From positions 12,518 through 76,517 of the forward strand of contig JAUVZL010000004.1 in NCBI GenBank assembly GCA_030602565.1: a stretch of 64,000 nucleotides of DNA, read 5' to 3'. This DNA comes from Candidatus Stahliibacteriota bacterium. Its GTDB lineage: Bacteria; Hydrothermota; Tepidihabitantia; SM23-42. Positions within the stretch are counted from its first letter, which is position 1; every line of letters starts with the position of its first letter. This document shows, one piece after another, positions 48,343-58,447 of this stretch. The position numbers were made by a program, and so were the translations under genes. Under the pieces are notes generated by a model. It saw only the letters and a program-made list of their open reading frames with translations, did not search any database and was not told the DNA's origin.

Positions 48343-49371
48343 ATGATGTCAATGCAAGTCGAGAGTCCTGTATTCATCAGTGTGGGTGAGCCATCTGGTG
48401 ATTTGTATGCCTCATTCTTGGCCTGTGATATGAAAACCAAAACGCCAGGTCTGAGAATCTTTGCAGTGGGCGGCAAGAACCTGGTGGAGAGCGGGGTGGA
48501 TGTTCTGGTAGATTATGATAGAATGACGACGCTTGGTTTTACAAGCGGAGTCTTAACAGCCTATCGTAATTACACAATCTACGGAAAGATCGCACGCCTG
48601 ATGTACAGGATTCGACCTAAGACATTTATTGGGGTTGCTTACCCTGGTTTGAATATATTGCTCTGTAAGTATGCAAAGTATCTGGGTTGCAGAGTTTATT
48701 ATTTCCTTCCACCTCAGATTTGGGCATGGGGTACATTCAGAAAATACTTTATCAAAAAATGGGTTGATAAAGTCATTTCAGTTTTCCCGTTTGAATACGA
48801 ATTCTATAAAAAAATGGGTATTGATACAATTTATTTCAAAAATCCATTATTTGAGAGGTTGAAAAAGTACAAAAGAAATGATTTTAAAAAAAGAATCGGT
48901 CTCATGCCTGGTTCACGCAAAAGCGAAATCAAAAGGAATTTGCCGGTTATGATCGAGCTGATGAGGAGAATTGCTCAGAAAGGAAACGATATCGAATTTG
49001 TGTTGATTTTGCACTCAAGTCTCATAGGAGTAGGGCGTTCACGCCCGTTCTTCACGAGCCTAAAGGCTCTACTCCAGGATAAAGCAATAATTACAAGTGA
49101 AAATCGCTATCAAGCCATGAAGAACTGTGATTTGCTCATTGCCTGTTCGGGTACGGCGTCACTTGAGGCAGCAGCAATGGATATACCTCAGATTTTCTTT
49201 AATCGACCTTCATTTTTTGATTATCATATCGCAAAAAGATTCTTGAAGATCAAAGAGTATAACTTAACAAATTTGTATTATAATAGAAAAATAGTACCGA
49301 GTATTGTGTTACGTAATGCAGATTATATCTTACAGAGATTATTTATTGTAGTCAGTGATTGCATTTCTTGA
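48343..49371 (+). CDS. lpxB: Lipid-A-disaccharide synthase-like glycosyltransferase
   Basis: GEPSGDLY, PPQIWAW, FPFE, MPGSRKSEI, SGTASLE; start uncertain (48343, 48346 or 48352). Confidence 0.85.
   Translation: MMSMQVESPVFISVGEPSGDLYASFLACDMKTKTPGLRIFAVGGKNLVESGVDVLVDYDRMTTLGFTSGVLTAYRNYTIYGKIARLMYRIRPKTFIGVAYPGLNILLCKYAKYLGCRVYYFLPPQIWAWGTFRKYFIKKWVDKVISVFPFEYEFYKKMGIDTIYFKNPLFERLKKYKRNDFKKRIGLMPGSRKSEIKRNLPVMIELMRRIAQKGNDIEFVLILHSSLIGVGRSRPFFTSLKALLQDKAIITSENRYQAMKNCDLLIACSGTASLEAAAMDIPQIFFNRPSFFDYHIAKRFLKIKEYNLTNLYYNRKIVPSIVLRNADYILQRLFIVVSDCIS
49027..49075. repeat. Inverted GTAG-REP doublet inside the lpxB coding sequence
   Basis: GGAGTA-GGGCG-TTCA-CGCCC ... GAGCC-TAAA-GGCTC-TACTCC. Confidence 0.7.
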
Positions 49372-49480
49372 AGAAAAACTTCATCCTCGGAACTGACAAA
49401 ACCAAGTTTTATCTTTGAATTATTGGATGTTTCAGATATTGACTTCCTGTTTTTATATGGTATAGTACAAAAGGTGATAA

Positions 49481-50497
49481 ATGAAATTCTGTAAAAAATG
49501 TCTTCTTCCAGAAACATATCCAAAAATGAAATTGAACTCAGCGGGGTATTGCAACGTATGTATTGAATATGAAAGGAAATTTGGGGATTTTGATTTTGAA
49601 AAATCCGAATCAGAATTGAGGAAAATTTTAGAAAAAGAAACTGCAAAAAACAACAAACTTATTGTAACATGTAGTGGCGGGATTGACAGTTCATACGTTT
49701 TGTATTTATGCAAAACTAAATACAAACTTAATATAATCGGCGCCAATTTTGATCATGGTTTCCAATCTGAAACCGCCAAACAAAATCTCTCTAATTTAAG
49801 TAAAATTTTGAATATTGGTATTACCACAGTGAAACCGGATTATAGAATTTTATATCGACTATATCGCGATTTTTTGTTAAGAACCGGCGATTTTTGTACG
49901 CCATGCTGTCAAGGTTGCTGCCGTTCTGGTTTTGTAGTTGGTGACAATAATAACATACAGACAATAATCCACGGTGGTGTGTCTGGCTCGCGGGTTGAAT
50001 TCAATGTTCTCGGGATGTATAAACATCATTATGAAAGATTTATGAAGGTAGTTGGTAATGATTACAGTTTTGAGGAATTGCAGGATATAGTAACGCCAAC
50101 AGATGAAATAAAAAGATTTAATCTCATTTCATTACCTCAATATTTAAACTGGGATGTAAGAAAAATAATGAGAATATTAAGTAAAGAAGTAAACTGGAAG
50201 GCGATGTCAAATGGTCGGATCTGGCACGTAGATTGTATGATTGCTGATGCTGCCGATCATTTTCTTCAAAGGAAATTTGGGTTTTCAAGGCACTGGATGA
50301 GTATTTCGGCAAATTTACGCGCCGGTTTCATAAGTATTGAAGAAGCTCGTACTATGCTCAATGACCAGGAAGAAGGAGTAAGAGAGGAACCTAAAGAAGC
50401 TATTGATGCATTATTGAAAAAAACAGGTCTTGAGAGGAAGGAAATTAACGAACTACCATTTTTTAACAGCGAGCCCGCTATTAAATTTCTACCATAG
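49481..50497 (+). CDS. PP-loop ATPase, N-acetyl-sugar amidotransferase-like
   Basis: FCKKC..CNVC, SGGIDS, DHGF, FCTPC; visibly AT-rich. Confidence 0.75.
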   Translation: MKFCKKCLLPETYPKMKLNSAGYCNVCIEYERKFGDFDFEKSESELRKILEKETAKNNKLIVTCSGGIDSSYVLYLCKTKYKLNIIGANFDHGFQSETAKQNLSNLSKILNIGITTVKPDYRILYRLYRDFLLRTGDFCTPCCQGCCRSGFVVGDNNNIQTIIHGGVSGSRVEFNVLGMYKHHYERFMKVVGNDYSFEELQDIVTPTDEIKRFNLISLPQYLNWDVRKIMRILSKEVNWKAMSNGRIWHVDCMIADAADHFLQRKFGFSRHWMSISANLRAGFISIEEARTMLNDQEEGVREEPKEAIDALLKKTGLERKEINELPFFNSEPAIKFLP

Positions 50498-50576
50498 AAT
50501 ACAATAACAAAAATTACCCTATATTGCTACCAGATGATTTTGATTGACGACTATGTTATTTCGTATATAATAAATT

Positions 50577-51419
50577 GTGGAGACAGTGAATTTGGTGACA
50601 AACCCTTTTGGCATTGGCGAGAAGTTAATTTTTGAGCTATTGAAAAAGGGCGAGTCAGTTTACACGCTATTCCCTTCTCCTAAAGGCGTCCCCATGTCGT
50701 TTCTCGGTAAGATAAACCTTAAATATGGCTTCTTTAGATTTGATCGCGACACAAATGTTGATAAAACACTACCCAGGAAAGTCAAGTATGTGTGGCATTT
50801 GTATGAGGTATATAATGGTTCTTTCACGACGATTTTCAAATCAAATCCATGTGCCACGCTGCTTTTGCTCGATTGGGCAAGAAAAGTCGGCGTCAGTAAA
50901 TTCATATACCTCTCAAGTGGTGAGGTCTATGGTCAGGGGCATGACCTCGATGAAAAGGCTGGCTATGACCCACGCAGTTTTTATGCGACGACTAAATTCG
51001 AGACAGAAATACTTTTCCGCTATTATTTTAAATCATTTGCATTGCATACGGCGCGGGTTTTCTTTCCATTTGGAAAGAATTCACCGCCTGGACATGTGTC
51101 GAACTTTTATCAAGCAATTAGGGACGGTAAAAATGTTGATACAGAATACAGTATTATTAGCCCGACTTGTGTTGATGACACTATTGCTCCTTTGGTGAAG
51201 CTTCGGGATCTTGATGGGCATGAAGTGTTCAATCTATGTGGGAGTCCGGTCAGGGTTGATGATTTGGTCGATAAGATCAGATATGTGTGCGTCGGGTCGC
51301 CAAAGAAAATTAGTGTTGGTAAGCTCGAGCTCACCGGAAACAATTCAAAGGCGAAGCAAGTGTTGGGTTATCTAGAGACATCCCTCAATGAGGCAATCAA
51401 GAACTCTTTTGGCAAATAG
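50577..51419 (+). CDS. Atypical NAD-dependent epimerase/dehydratase (extended SDR)
   Basis: FIYLSSGEVYG, YATTK; the N-terminal GxxGxxG is degenerate. Confidence 0.7.
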   Translation: METVNLVTNPFGIGEKLIFELLKKGESVYTLFPSPKGVPMSFLGKINLKYGFFRFDRDTNVDKTLPRKVKYVWHLYEVYNGSFTTIFKSNPCATLLLLDWARKVGVSKFIYLSSGEVYGQGHDLDEKAGYDPRSFYATTKFETEILFRYYFKSFALHTARVFFPFGKNSPPGHVSNFYQAIRDGKNVDTEYSIISPTCVDDTIAPLVKLRDLDGHEVFNLCGSPVRVDDLVDKIRYVCVGSPKKISVGKLELTGNNSKAKQVLGYLETSLNEAIKNSFGK

Positions 51420-51463
51420 TCCAGCATCGCAAAATACGTGGTTTTCAAACACCCCATAACTGA

Positions 51464-52903
51464 ATGATTGATGTACTTCTTGTAAACCCCAGAGAACAGG
51501 GTGGTTTTTTTGAAAGAATGCCTCCGCTTGGTCTTGCCTACATGGCAGCTAATCTTGAGAAGCACGACCACTCAGTTAACATCGTGGATTTGGAAGTGGG
51601 GGGAAATGAACTCGGTCCGTGGTTAGAGAAGTCCAAACCAAAGTACGTGGGTATTTCGGGTACAACGCATACGCGTTTCGAGTCTTTTCATTTGGCAAAA
51701 GAAACAAAAGAATTCGACACAGCCATTGCTACTATCTATGGTGGGGTCCACGCTACTTTCACTGATATTGAGACCCTGGAGTGTATCGAGGATATCGACT
51801 ATGTGGTACGTGGTGAAGGTGAACATACTATTGTTTCGCTGGTTAATGCCCTTAAGAATGGCAAAGATCTCAGTAAGGTTAGGGGCATAACCTATCGTGA
51901 CCACGAAGGTATCCATAGAAATCCACCGGCTGAACGCATCCATGCTCTTGACGATTTGCCTGCACCAGCTTACCATTTACTTGATATTAACAAGTATGCG
52001 CTCAATATGGAATTCATTGACAAACGAGGTATTTCAACTATCACTTCGCGTGGTTGTCTTGCCCGATGCAGCTTTTGTTCAGCTAGCCGTATGTTCAACC
52101 ATCAGGTTACAACGCACTCGGCGCCGCGTGTCTTGGATGACATTGAGTTGCTCTTTGACAAATTTGGATACAAGGGCATAAAGATTTTCGATAGTACGCT
52201 AACTATGCAGCGAGAACATGTAAATGACCTGTGTGACGAAATCACGCGCCGCAGATTGAATTTCCCCTGGGAATGTGAGATACGGGTAGGTACGGTAGAT
52301 CAGGAAATGCTTGAGAAGATGATTGGTGCCGGATGTTATTACGTAAACTTTGGCGTAGAGTCAGCAAGTCAGAAGGTATTGAACCTTATGCGTAAAGGTT
52401 TTACAGTAGAACAGGCACAGGAGCTCTTGGATTGGTGTATTAGAATCGGGTTGAAGACAAAGGTCTTTTTTTCCTTTGGCCACATCGGCGAGACCATGGA
52501 AGATGTGGAAAAAACATTCGAGTTTATTGACAAGAACGCGGACAAAATAACAACTGTTGCGAGCGGCGCTGGTCTCAGAATTTATCCTGGTACCTATTTG
52601 GAAGAGTACGCCGTGAAAAACAGATTTCTACCCGAGAAGTTCAAGTGGAGTCTGCCTTATGATGATGAACGGTTGGAATCAATACTCCAGACGAGATGTG
52701 TGCCAATCCTGCTCCAACCTCAGCTTGGTTTTGTAGAGCTCGAAAGAATCGCGCTCAGGATTTACCGTCGAAGGTTCAGCGGCTTCCGGGGTTTAAAGCG
52801 CGGTTTTACAAAGATTACTGACAAAGATAAACTTAAGAAGTTGTGGAACCTTTTGAAAGTGCAGGTCAAACAAGTTTTCAAAAAAGACCGGTCCTTGAAA
52901 TGA
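51464..52903 (+). CDS. B12-binding radical SAM protein (class B methyltransferase-like)
   Basis: PPLGLAY, GGVHAT, RGEGE, SRGCLARCSFC, FGVES. Confidence 0.92.
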   Translation: MIDVLLVNPREQGGFFERMPPLGLAYMAANLEKHDHSVNIVDLEVGGNELGPWLEKSKPKYVGISGTTHTRFESFHLAKETKEFDTAIATIYGGVHATFTDIETLECIEDIDYVVRGEGEHTIVSLVNALKNGKDLSKVRGITYRDHEGIHRNPPAERIHALDDLPAPAYHLLDINKYALNMEFIDKRGISTITSRGCLARCSFCSASRMFNHQVTTHSAPRVLDDIELLFDKFGYKGIKIFDSTLTMQREHVNDLCDEITRRRLNFPWECEIRVGTVDQEMLEKMIGAGCYYVNFGVESASQKVLNLMRKGFTVEQAQELLDWCIRIGLKTKVFFSFGHIGETMEDVEKTFEFIDKNADKITTVASGAGLRIYPGTYLEEYAVKNRFLPEKFKWSLPYDDERLESILQTRCVPILLQPQLGFVELERIALRIYRRRFSGFRGLKRGFTKITDKDKLKKLWNLLKVQVKQVFKKDRSLK

Positions 52904-53967
52904 AAATATTGCATCTATCATTTGAGAATTTTCAGGATGTTCCCGGCTTATTGAGTCGCAGCCATAGATTTTTTGATGATGAAGGTGTCCTGGTGACTAT
53001 GACACCTTCAACCCTGGGTTTTCCCAATGGGATAATGCTAAACTACCCTCTGCTGAATTCTGGTTTGATAAGGGCAATGCGCCGGATGACCGGGCGGCAA
53101 AACGTCAATGTGCTCGAACATGAATTGAGATTGAGAATCAAGGGCGAAAATATATGGCAGAGGACGTTTTTCAAAATAAGGGATATAATTTGGTTGAATC
53201 AACTGCATAAATCATGGCGACGTTTTGACCTCGGTAATTTTGATATTTACCATTTTGATGGCGACTTGCCATTTATCTTTGGTGACCGCATTTTAAAGAA
53301 ACTTGAAAATAAGCGGATTGTCACGCATTTTTTTGGCAGTGAACTGAGGAAATGGGGGATGAATCCGTTTCTAAAAGAGTATGCACAGTTAAGAATAACG
53401 TCGGAATTGGATCATACAAAAATCGATCCATCCTTAGTATTCATACCGATTTCTTTTGATGTTAGTGGTATTACACCGAGACAGCATGAGAATAAAGTGC
53501 TGAGGATTGGTCACTCTCCAACGCGTAGATCGGCAAAAGGTACCGGAGATATTATCAAAGCAATCGACAGGTTGAAAAAGAAGACGCGCCTTGAGTTTCT
53601 ACTCATTGAAGGAGTTTCAAACAAAAAGTGTATGGAGCTCAAAGCGACGTGCGATATCGGAATTGACAATATTGGTAATTATGCAGGAACTGGTTATGGC
53701 CGAAGCGGGCTTGAATTCCTGGCTTTAGGTATTCCGACAATAGTAGAAATTCTGGATGACTACGAATACCTTTTGCCTGATCATCCTTTTGTCAAAGCGA
53801 CCAAAAGGAATTTCGAAGATGTTTTACATAACCTTTTGATAGATGCTGAGCTGAGAAGGAAGAAACGGGAGCAGGGTTTAAAATGGGTGAATGATTTTCC
53901 AGCACCCAAACGTATTATTACCAGGATATATGAGGAATATAGAAGACTCGGTTGGATTAATCAGTAG
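52900..53967 (+). CDS. GT-B fold glycosyltransferase
   Basis: HFFGSELR, HSPT.R..KGT, GYG.SGLEFLALGIP; start moved to ATG 52900 (ATGA overlap). Confidence 0.75.
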   Translation: MKILHLSFENFQDVPGLLSRSHRFFDDEGVLVTMTPSTLGFPNGIMLNYPLLNSGLIRAMRRMTGRQNVNVLEHELRLRIKGENIWQRTFFKIRDIIWLNQLHKSWRRFDLGNFDIYHFDGDLPFIFGDRILKKLENKRIVTHFFGSELRKWGMNPFLKEYAQLRITSELDHTKIDPSLVFIPISFDVSGITPRQHENKVLRIGHSPTRRSAKGTGDIIKAIDRLKKKTRLEFLLIEGVSNKKCMELKATCDIGIDNIGNYAGTGYGRSGLEFLALGIPTIVEILDDYEYLLPDHPFVKATKRNFEDVLHNLLIDAELRRKKREQGLKWVNDFPAPKRIITRIYEEYRRLGWINQ

Positions 53968-55475
53968 ATAGAGAAAAGGGTCATGTCATACAGATATGCC
54001 GCGCTACCTGATGCTTTGAACGCATCAAGCTGCGTTCCTAAAAGATCGAGGTAGGAGACAAAGAGCCTTTCTTCATCTACACCACAATGGGTGGCGACAT
54101 GAGAGAAGACGAGCCAAACCCTTTTGTTCCCTCTAAGCCTCTGTAGATCTTGGTAATAATTGGTCCAGTCCGAGCGGGATTCAATGCCCTCGACATATTC
54201 AATAGGAAAGCCATATCTGTCATGATAATAACGAAATGCATTGAGTGAAGCATAGTAAACATATATTACATCGCCATCGTGCAAATTCTCGTCAACGTAT
54301 TCTAATACTGTACGGAGTTCTTCTGGCGCGCGCGGTTTGATAAGGTGATAGCCGGCAAGCAATACTGGATGAATGAGCAGGATGACAACCAATGCTATTC
54401 CCAGGAAGTTTGACTGATGTCTTATTTTGTTTCTGATATCGCTGATCCCCTGGGCAATGACCAGGATCATAAATGGCGCCAGAAAAAGGAGTAGTCTACC
54501 TTCAAAAGGGTATCTGTGCAAACCTGATGCGATTAAAGCCAGAAGGATCGGCAAAACCAAAAGCAAGATAATTTTTTTCTTGTACCTGAACATTATGGCA
54601 CACCCCCACAAGAAAGCCAGTACTGCTAATAACAGTTCATATATTGAAAGCCCCACCGGGAATTTGAAAGTTCGCAAAAAGACATAAGCAAACCATTTGA
54701 TATCAGAGAGCGAGGTCGGGGGTAAAGGCATGAAACTTGACTGCCAAGCGGTTAATAGTTGTTCGTGTTTGCACAGGCTACTGAGGGTGACAAGGTAATT
54801 GGCAAGAAAACTTGCTAAGCCAAGCATGGTGGCGATAAGCAGACTGGGAAGTGTAGACCATTGCGGTCTGCGTAGGGCATAGATGTATATGACTATGAGC
54901 GATGCGCAAAATACGAATAGAGCCGGGTGTGAAAACCAGAGGCAAAGGGCACTGACAAAGCCGAAGAGCATTGTGTATTTGATCTCGAATTTCTTGTCGA
55001 AAACTAATATTGCCAACCAGATAATTAAAAGTGCTATGAAAACGTCGCTAGAGTATTGTTTTACTTCTGAAGCAAAGTAAATCAAATGATCACCGACCGC
55101 AAAAAGGACAAGGGCGATGGTAAGCGACTGTTCGCTTATGGTTTTCTTGGCAACTTTGTAGAATAGGAATAGCGCACCTATTCCCGTGATTAAAGGCAAG
55201 AAACGGAGTCCCAATTCACTCAGCCCAAAAAGCGTGCTCATGAACTTCTGCAACAATAAGAAGCCAACCGGAGCAGCCTGCGCATAGTCGAGCGGTTTGA
55301 GCAGTTGAGCATATGAACGTTGCACAATGTTCAATGCCAGTGCCGCTTCCCCCTCAGTGAGTGAGCGATTATAAATGAACTGGGCGATCCTTAATACAGC
55401 ACCTATCCCTATTATTAACCAGGGGATTATTCTCGAAGAGAATAGAGAGTTTTTTGCTCTATCGTCAATCTCCAT
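53961..55475 (-). CDS. Polytopic GT-C / family 39-like membrane glycosyltransferase
   Basis: RSLTEGEA, QAAPVGF, SEVKQYS, YPFEGRL and many TM segments; start at 55475 inferred from the promoter position. Confidence 0.8.
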   Translation of the reverse strand: MEIDDRAKNSLFSSRIIPWLIIGIGAVLRIAQFIYNRSLTEGEAALALNIVQRSYAQLLKPLDYAQAAPVGFLLLQKFMSTLFGLSELGLRFLPLITGIGALFLFYKVAKKTISEQSLTIALVLFAVGDHLIYFASEVKQYSSDVFIALLIIWLAILVFDKKFEIKYTMLFGFVSALCLWFSHPALFVFCASLIVIYIYALRRPQWSTLPSLLIATMLGLASFLANYLVTLSSLCKHEQLLTAWQSSFMPLPPTSLSDIKWFAYVFLRTFKFPVGLSIYELLLAVLAFLWGCAIMFRYKKKIILLLVLPILLALIASGLHRYPFEGRLLLFLAPFMILVIAQGISDIRNKIRHQSNFLGIALVVILLIHPVLLAGYHLIKPRAPEELRTVLEYVDENLHDGDVIYVYYASLNAFRYYHDRYGFPIEYVEGIESRSDWTNYYQDLQRLRGNKRVWLVFSHVATHCGVDEERLFVSYLDLLGTQLDAFKASGSAAYLYDMTLFSIY

Positions 55476-55684
55476 TATCTCCATTATATTAAACATAGTA
55501 TACAAGTCAACCGTTTTTCAGGACAATAGCCTTGACTTTGTCAAAAAAGCGTGTAGAATATCCCCATGATTTTAGATAAAGAGTACGGACCACCTTTAAG
55601 GACGCAATACATAATGGCTTGGTCATGTCTTCCTTATATGCATATTGACAAATAGTCAATTTCCATTAAAATTATGTTGGACTT

Positions 55685-56557
55685 ATGATTGATATGGATG
55701 TGGTTAAATACTTGGTAGAAAAAAAGGTGCCGGTTGATGAGGCACTTAAAAAATACTTTGCTGGCATAAACGCCTTTTTTGACGTAATGTATTATTCCAT
55801 TGGCAATGGTAAGAGGATAAGGCCTATTCTCACCATTGCGAGTTACGAGGCTAGCGGCGGGAAAGATTCTGAGCAGATAATGCCGATAGCCTGCGGTCTT
55901 GAATTGATCCATACTTACTCGTTAATCCACGACGATTTACCAGCTATGGACGATGACGATTATCGAAGGGGTAGAGTTGCTGCCCATAAAAAATTCGGGG
56001 AAGCCATGGCTATACTCTCTGGCGATGGTCTGTTCGCTCATGCCTTTGAACTCTTTGCACGGGGGAATGGGTTGGCAAATGAGAAACTCGCGGTAATAAA
56101 GTCAGTCAGTGAGGTGGTTGGGCCAAAAGGGGTTGTCTATGGTCAAACCCTTGATATTAGTAAAGACATGGCTCTGACCCCAAAATCCTTAAGACTCATT
56201 CATCTAAATAAAACCGCCAAATTTATCGCGGTTTCATTGAAATGCGGTGCGATAATGGCACAGGCATCCACATCTTTAATTGATGCATTATACAAAGCGG
56301 GTATCTGTATGGGCATGCTTTTTCAATACACTGATGATATCCTCGATGTCGTAGGTGAAAAGGAAAAATTGGGTAAGACTCCAGGTAAAGATGTCGCCGC
56401 GGGTAAGCTGACCGCACCGGCAGTCTATGGTTTGGGAGGTGCAAAGTTTCGTGCTCGGCGGTATGCTGAGCTTGCCAAAGAGAGGTTTTCCAGACTTGGC
56501 GAGAGATTTGATATCTTCAGTAGGATTACCGAGTTTATACTGGATCGGACATTCTGA
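55685..56557 (+). CDS. ispA: Polyprenyl (farnesyl) diphosphate synthase
   Basis: GKRIRP, ELIHTYSLIHDDLPAMDDDDYRRG, FQYTDDILD, GKD. Confidence 0.93.
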   Translation: MIDMDVVKYLVEKKVPVDEALKKYFAGINAFFDVMYYSIGNGKRIRPILTIASYEASGGKDSEQIMPIACGLELIHTYSLIHDDLPAMDDDDYRRGRVAAHKKFGEAMAILSGDGLFAHAFELFARGNGLANEKLAVIKSVSEVVGPKGVVYGQTLDISKDMALTPKSLRLIHLNKTAKFIAVSLKCGAIMAQASTSLIDALYKAGICMGMLFQYTDDILDVVGEKEKLGKTPGKDVAAGKLTAPAVYGLGGAKFRARRYAELAKERFSRLGERFDIFSRITEFILDRTF

Positions 56558-56587
56558 TATTATGTTCTCAGGTAATTACACAGTCCT

Positions 56588-58447
56588 ATGCTTATTCTAA
56601 GTAAGATCAAAGGTCCCAAGGACTTGCAGGATCTAACACTCGAGCAATTACAGGTACTTGCTCGTGAAATCAGAGAGAAGATTATCAATACGTGTGCTCA
56701 GACCGGTGGTCATGTTGCACCTTCGTTGGGGGTTGTAGAATTGACCATCGCGTTATACAAGGCATTTGATGTTGATGTCGACAAAATCATCTGGGATGTT
56801 GGCCACCAAACCTATGCTCAGAAACTGATTACTGGCCGCTACTTGAAATTCCACACGATAAGAACATATAAAGGGATTAGTGGTTTTCCAAAGAGGAAAG
56901 AGTCAAAATACGATGTCTTTGACACCGGGCATTCTTCGACCTCTTTGTCTGCAGCAACCGGTTTTGCTTTGGCAAGAGATCTGAAGGGCGACAAGTTCAA
57001 TATAATAAGTGTTATTGGTGACGGATCATTAAGTGCGGGTATTGCTTTTGAAGCACTCAATCACTTAGGTCATTTGAAAAAGGACGTGATTGTTGTCTTA
57101 AATGATAACGAGCGTTCTATCGGTGACACAGTAGGTGCGCTGTCTCAATATCTAACAAGAATTATTACGACGCGGACCTACAATCGCTTTCGCGATGACC
57201 TATGGAAATTCCTGGGTAAATTTCCACCGTACACGAGAGACCGGAGCAGGAATCTTGCCAAGTTATTCCAAGAGGGATTAAAGGGTCTGTATGCACCGGC
57301 AGTGATCTTTGAAGAACTTGGCTTCCGATATATTGGTCCGCTCAACGGCCATAAGCTAAGTGAGCTGATCGATACTTTCCAGAGAGTAAAAGAGATGAAA
57401 GGCCCAAGGTTTATCCACGTCGTGACGAAGAAAGGCAAGGGATTTGAGGCTGCTGAGAAGCATCCTGAAGCATTTCACGGCATCGGACCCTATTGTCCAG
57501 AGACCGGAGAAGTGAAAAGCAAGGCGCAATCCTGGACATCGGTATTCGGCGATGCCATTGTAAGGCTTGCCAAGAAAAACAAAAAGATCATCGCTATTAC
57601 TGCTGGCATGTGCCTGGGGACTGGTCTGAAAAAGTTTCGTGAAGAAATACCAGAGCGATTCTTTGACGTTGGCATCACTGAACAGCACGCAGTGACCATG
57701 GCTGCAGCACTTGCTATACAGGACTATGTACCGGTTTGTGCAATTTACTCAACATTCCTTCAGCGCGCCTATGATCAAATTATCCATGATGTTTGCCTGC
57801 AGGATGTACCGGTTATTTTTGCAGTTGACCGTGCCGGTCTGGTTGGCCAGGATGGCCCAACCCACCATGGTCCATTTGATATTTCATTTTTTAGATGTAT
57901 ACCGAATATAATCGTCGGCGCACCCAAAGACGGCGATGAATTGATTGCGATGCTCAAGACCGCAGTCAGTGAGCATAAACATCCCTTTGTAATACGCTAT
58001 CCAAGGGGTACCTGCCCGCCGGTCAAGAATAATAACCCTGATACGATCCCCATTGGTAAGTGGGAGATCCTTGAGCAAGGTCGAGATATCGCCGTGATCG
58101 CGGTCGGGTCAATGGTCAAGCAAGCACTCAGTGCCCTCGTTATTTTGAAGCGCAAGGGTCTGAACCCGACAATAATAAATGGTCGTTTTATCAAACCCTT
58201 AGATACTGATATGCTTCAAGAGCTCTCAAGGGGCGTTCATACAGTCATCACAGTTGAGGAGAACACACGCCGCGGTGGTTTTGGCAGCGCCGTAATGGAA
58301 TACTTCTCAGAAAAGGATGGACCGGTCAAAGTCCATTGCATTGGTCTTCCCGATACGTTCATTGAACATGGTTCGATAGATATCTTATTAGAAATCACAG
58401 GACTTAATGGAGCGGGTATCGCCGACAAAATACTTTCTTTTATATGA
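56588..58447 (+). CDS. dxs: 1-deoxy-D-xylulose-5-phosphate synthase
   Basis: GGHVAPSLG, WDVGHQ, GDGS..LNDN, YSTFLQRAYDQ, DRAG..DGPTHHG. Confidence 0.98.
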   Translation: MLILSKIKGPKDLQDLTLEQLQVLAREIREKIINTCAQTGGHVAPSLGVVELTIALYKAFDVDVDKIIWDVGHQTYAQKLITGRYLKFHTIRTYKGISGFPKRKESKYDVFDTGHSSTSLSAATGFALARDLKGDKFNIISVIGDGSLSAGIAFEALNHLGHLKKDVIVVLNDNERSIGDTVGALSQYLTRIITTRTYNRFRDDLWKFLGKFPPYTRDRSRNLAKLFQEGLKGLYAPAVIFEELGFRYIGPLNGHKLSELIDTFQRVKEMKGPRFIHVVTKKGKGFEAAEKHPEAFHGIGPYCPETGEVKSKAQSWTSVFGDAIVRLAKKNKKIIAITAGMCLGTGLKKFREEIPERFFDVGITEQHAVTMAAALAIQDYVPVCAIYSTFLQRAYDQIIHDVCLQDVPVIFAVDRAGLVGQDGPTHHGPFDISFFRCIPNIIVGAPKDGDELIAMLKTAVSEHKHPFVIRYPRGTCPPVKNNNPDTIPIGKWEILEQGRDIAVIAVGSMVKQALSALVILKRKGLNPTIINGRFIKPLDTDMLQELSRGVHTVITVEENTRRGGFGSAVMEYFSEKDGPVKVHCIGLPDTFIEHGSIDILLEITGLNGAGIADKILSFI

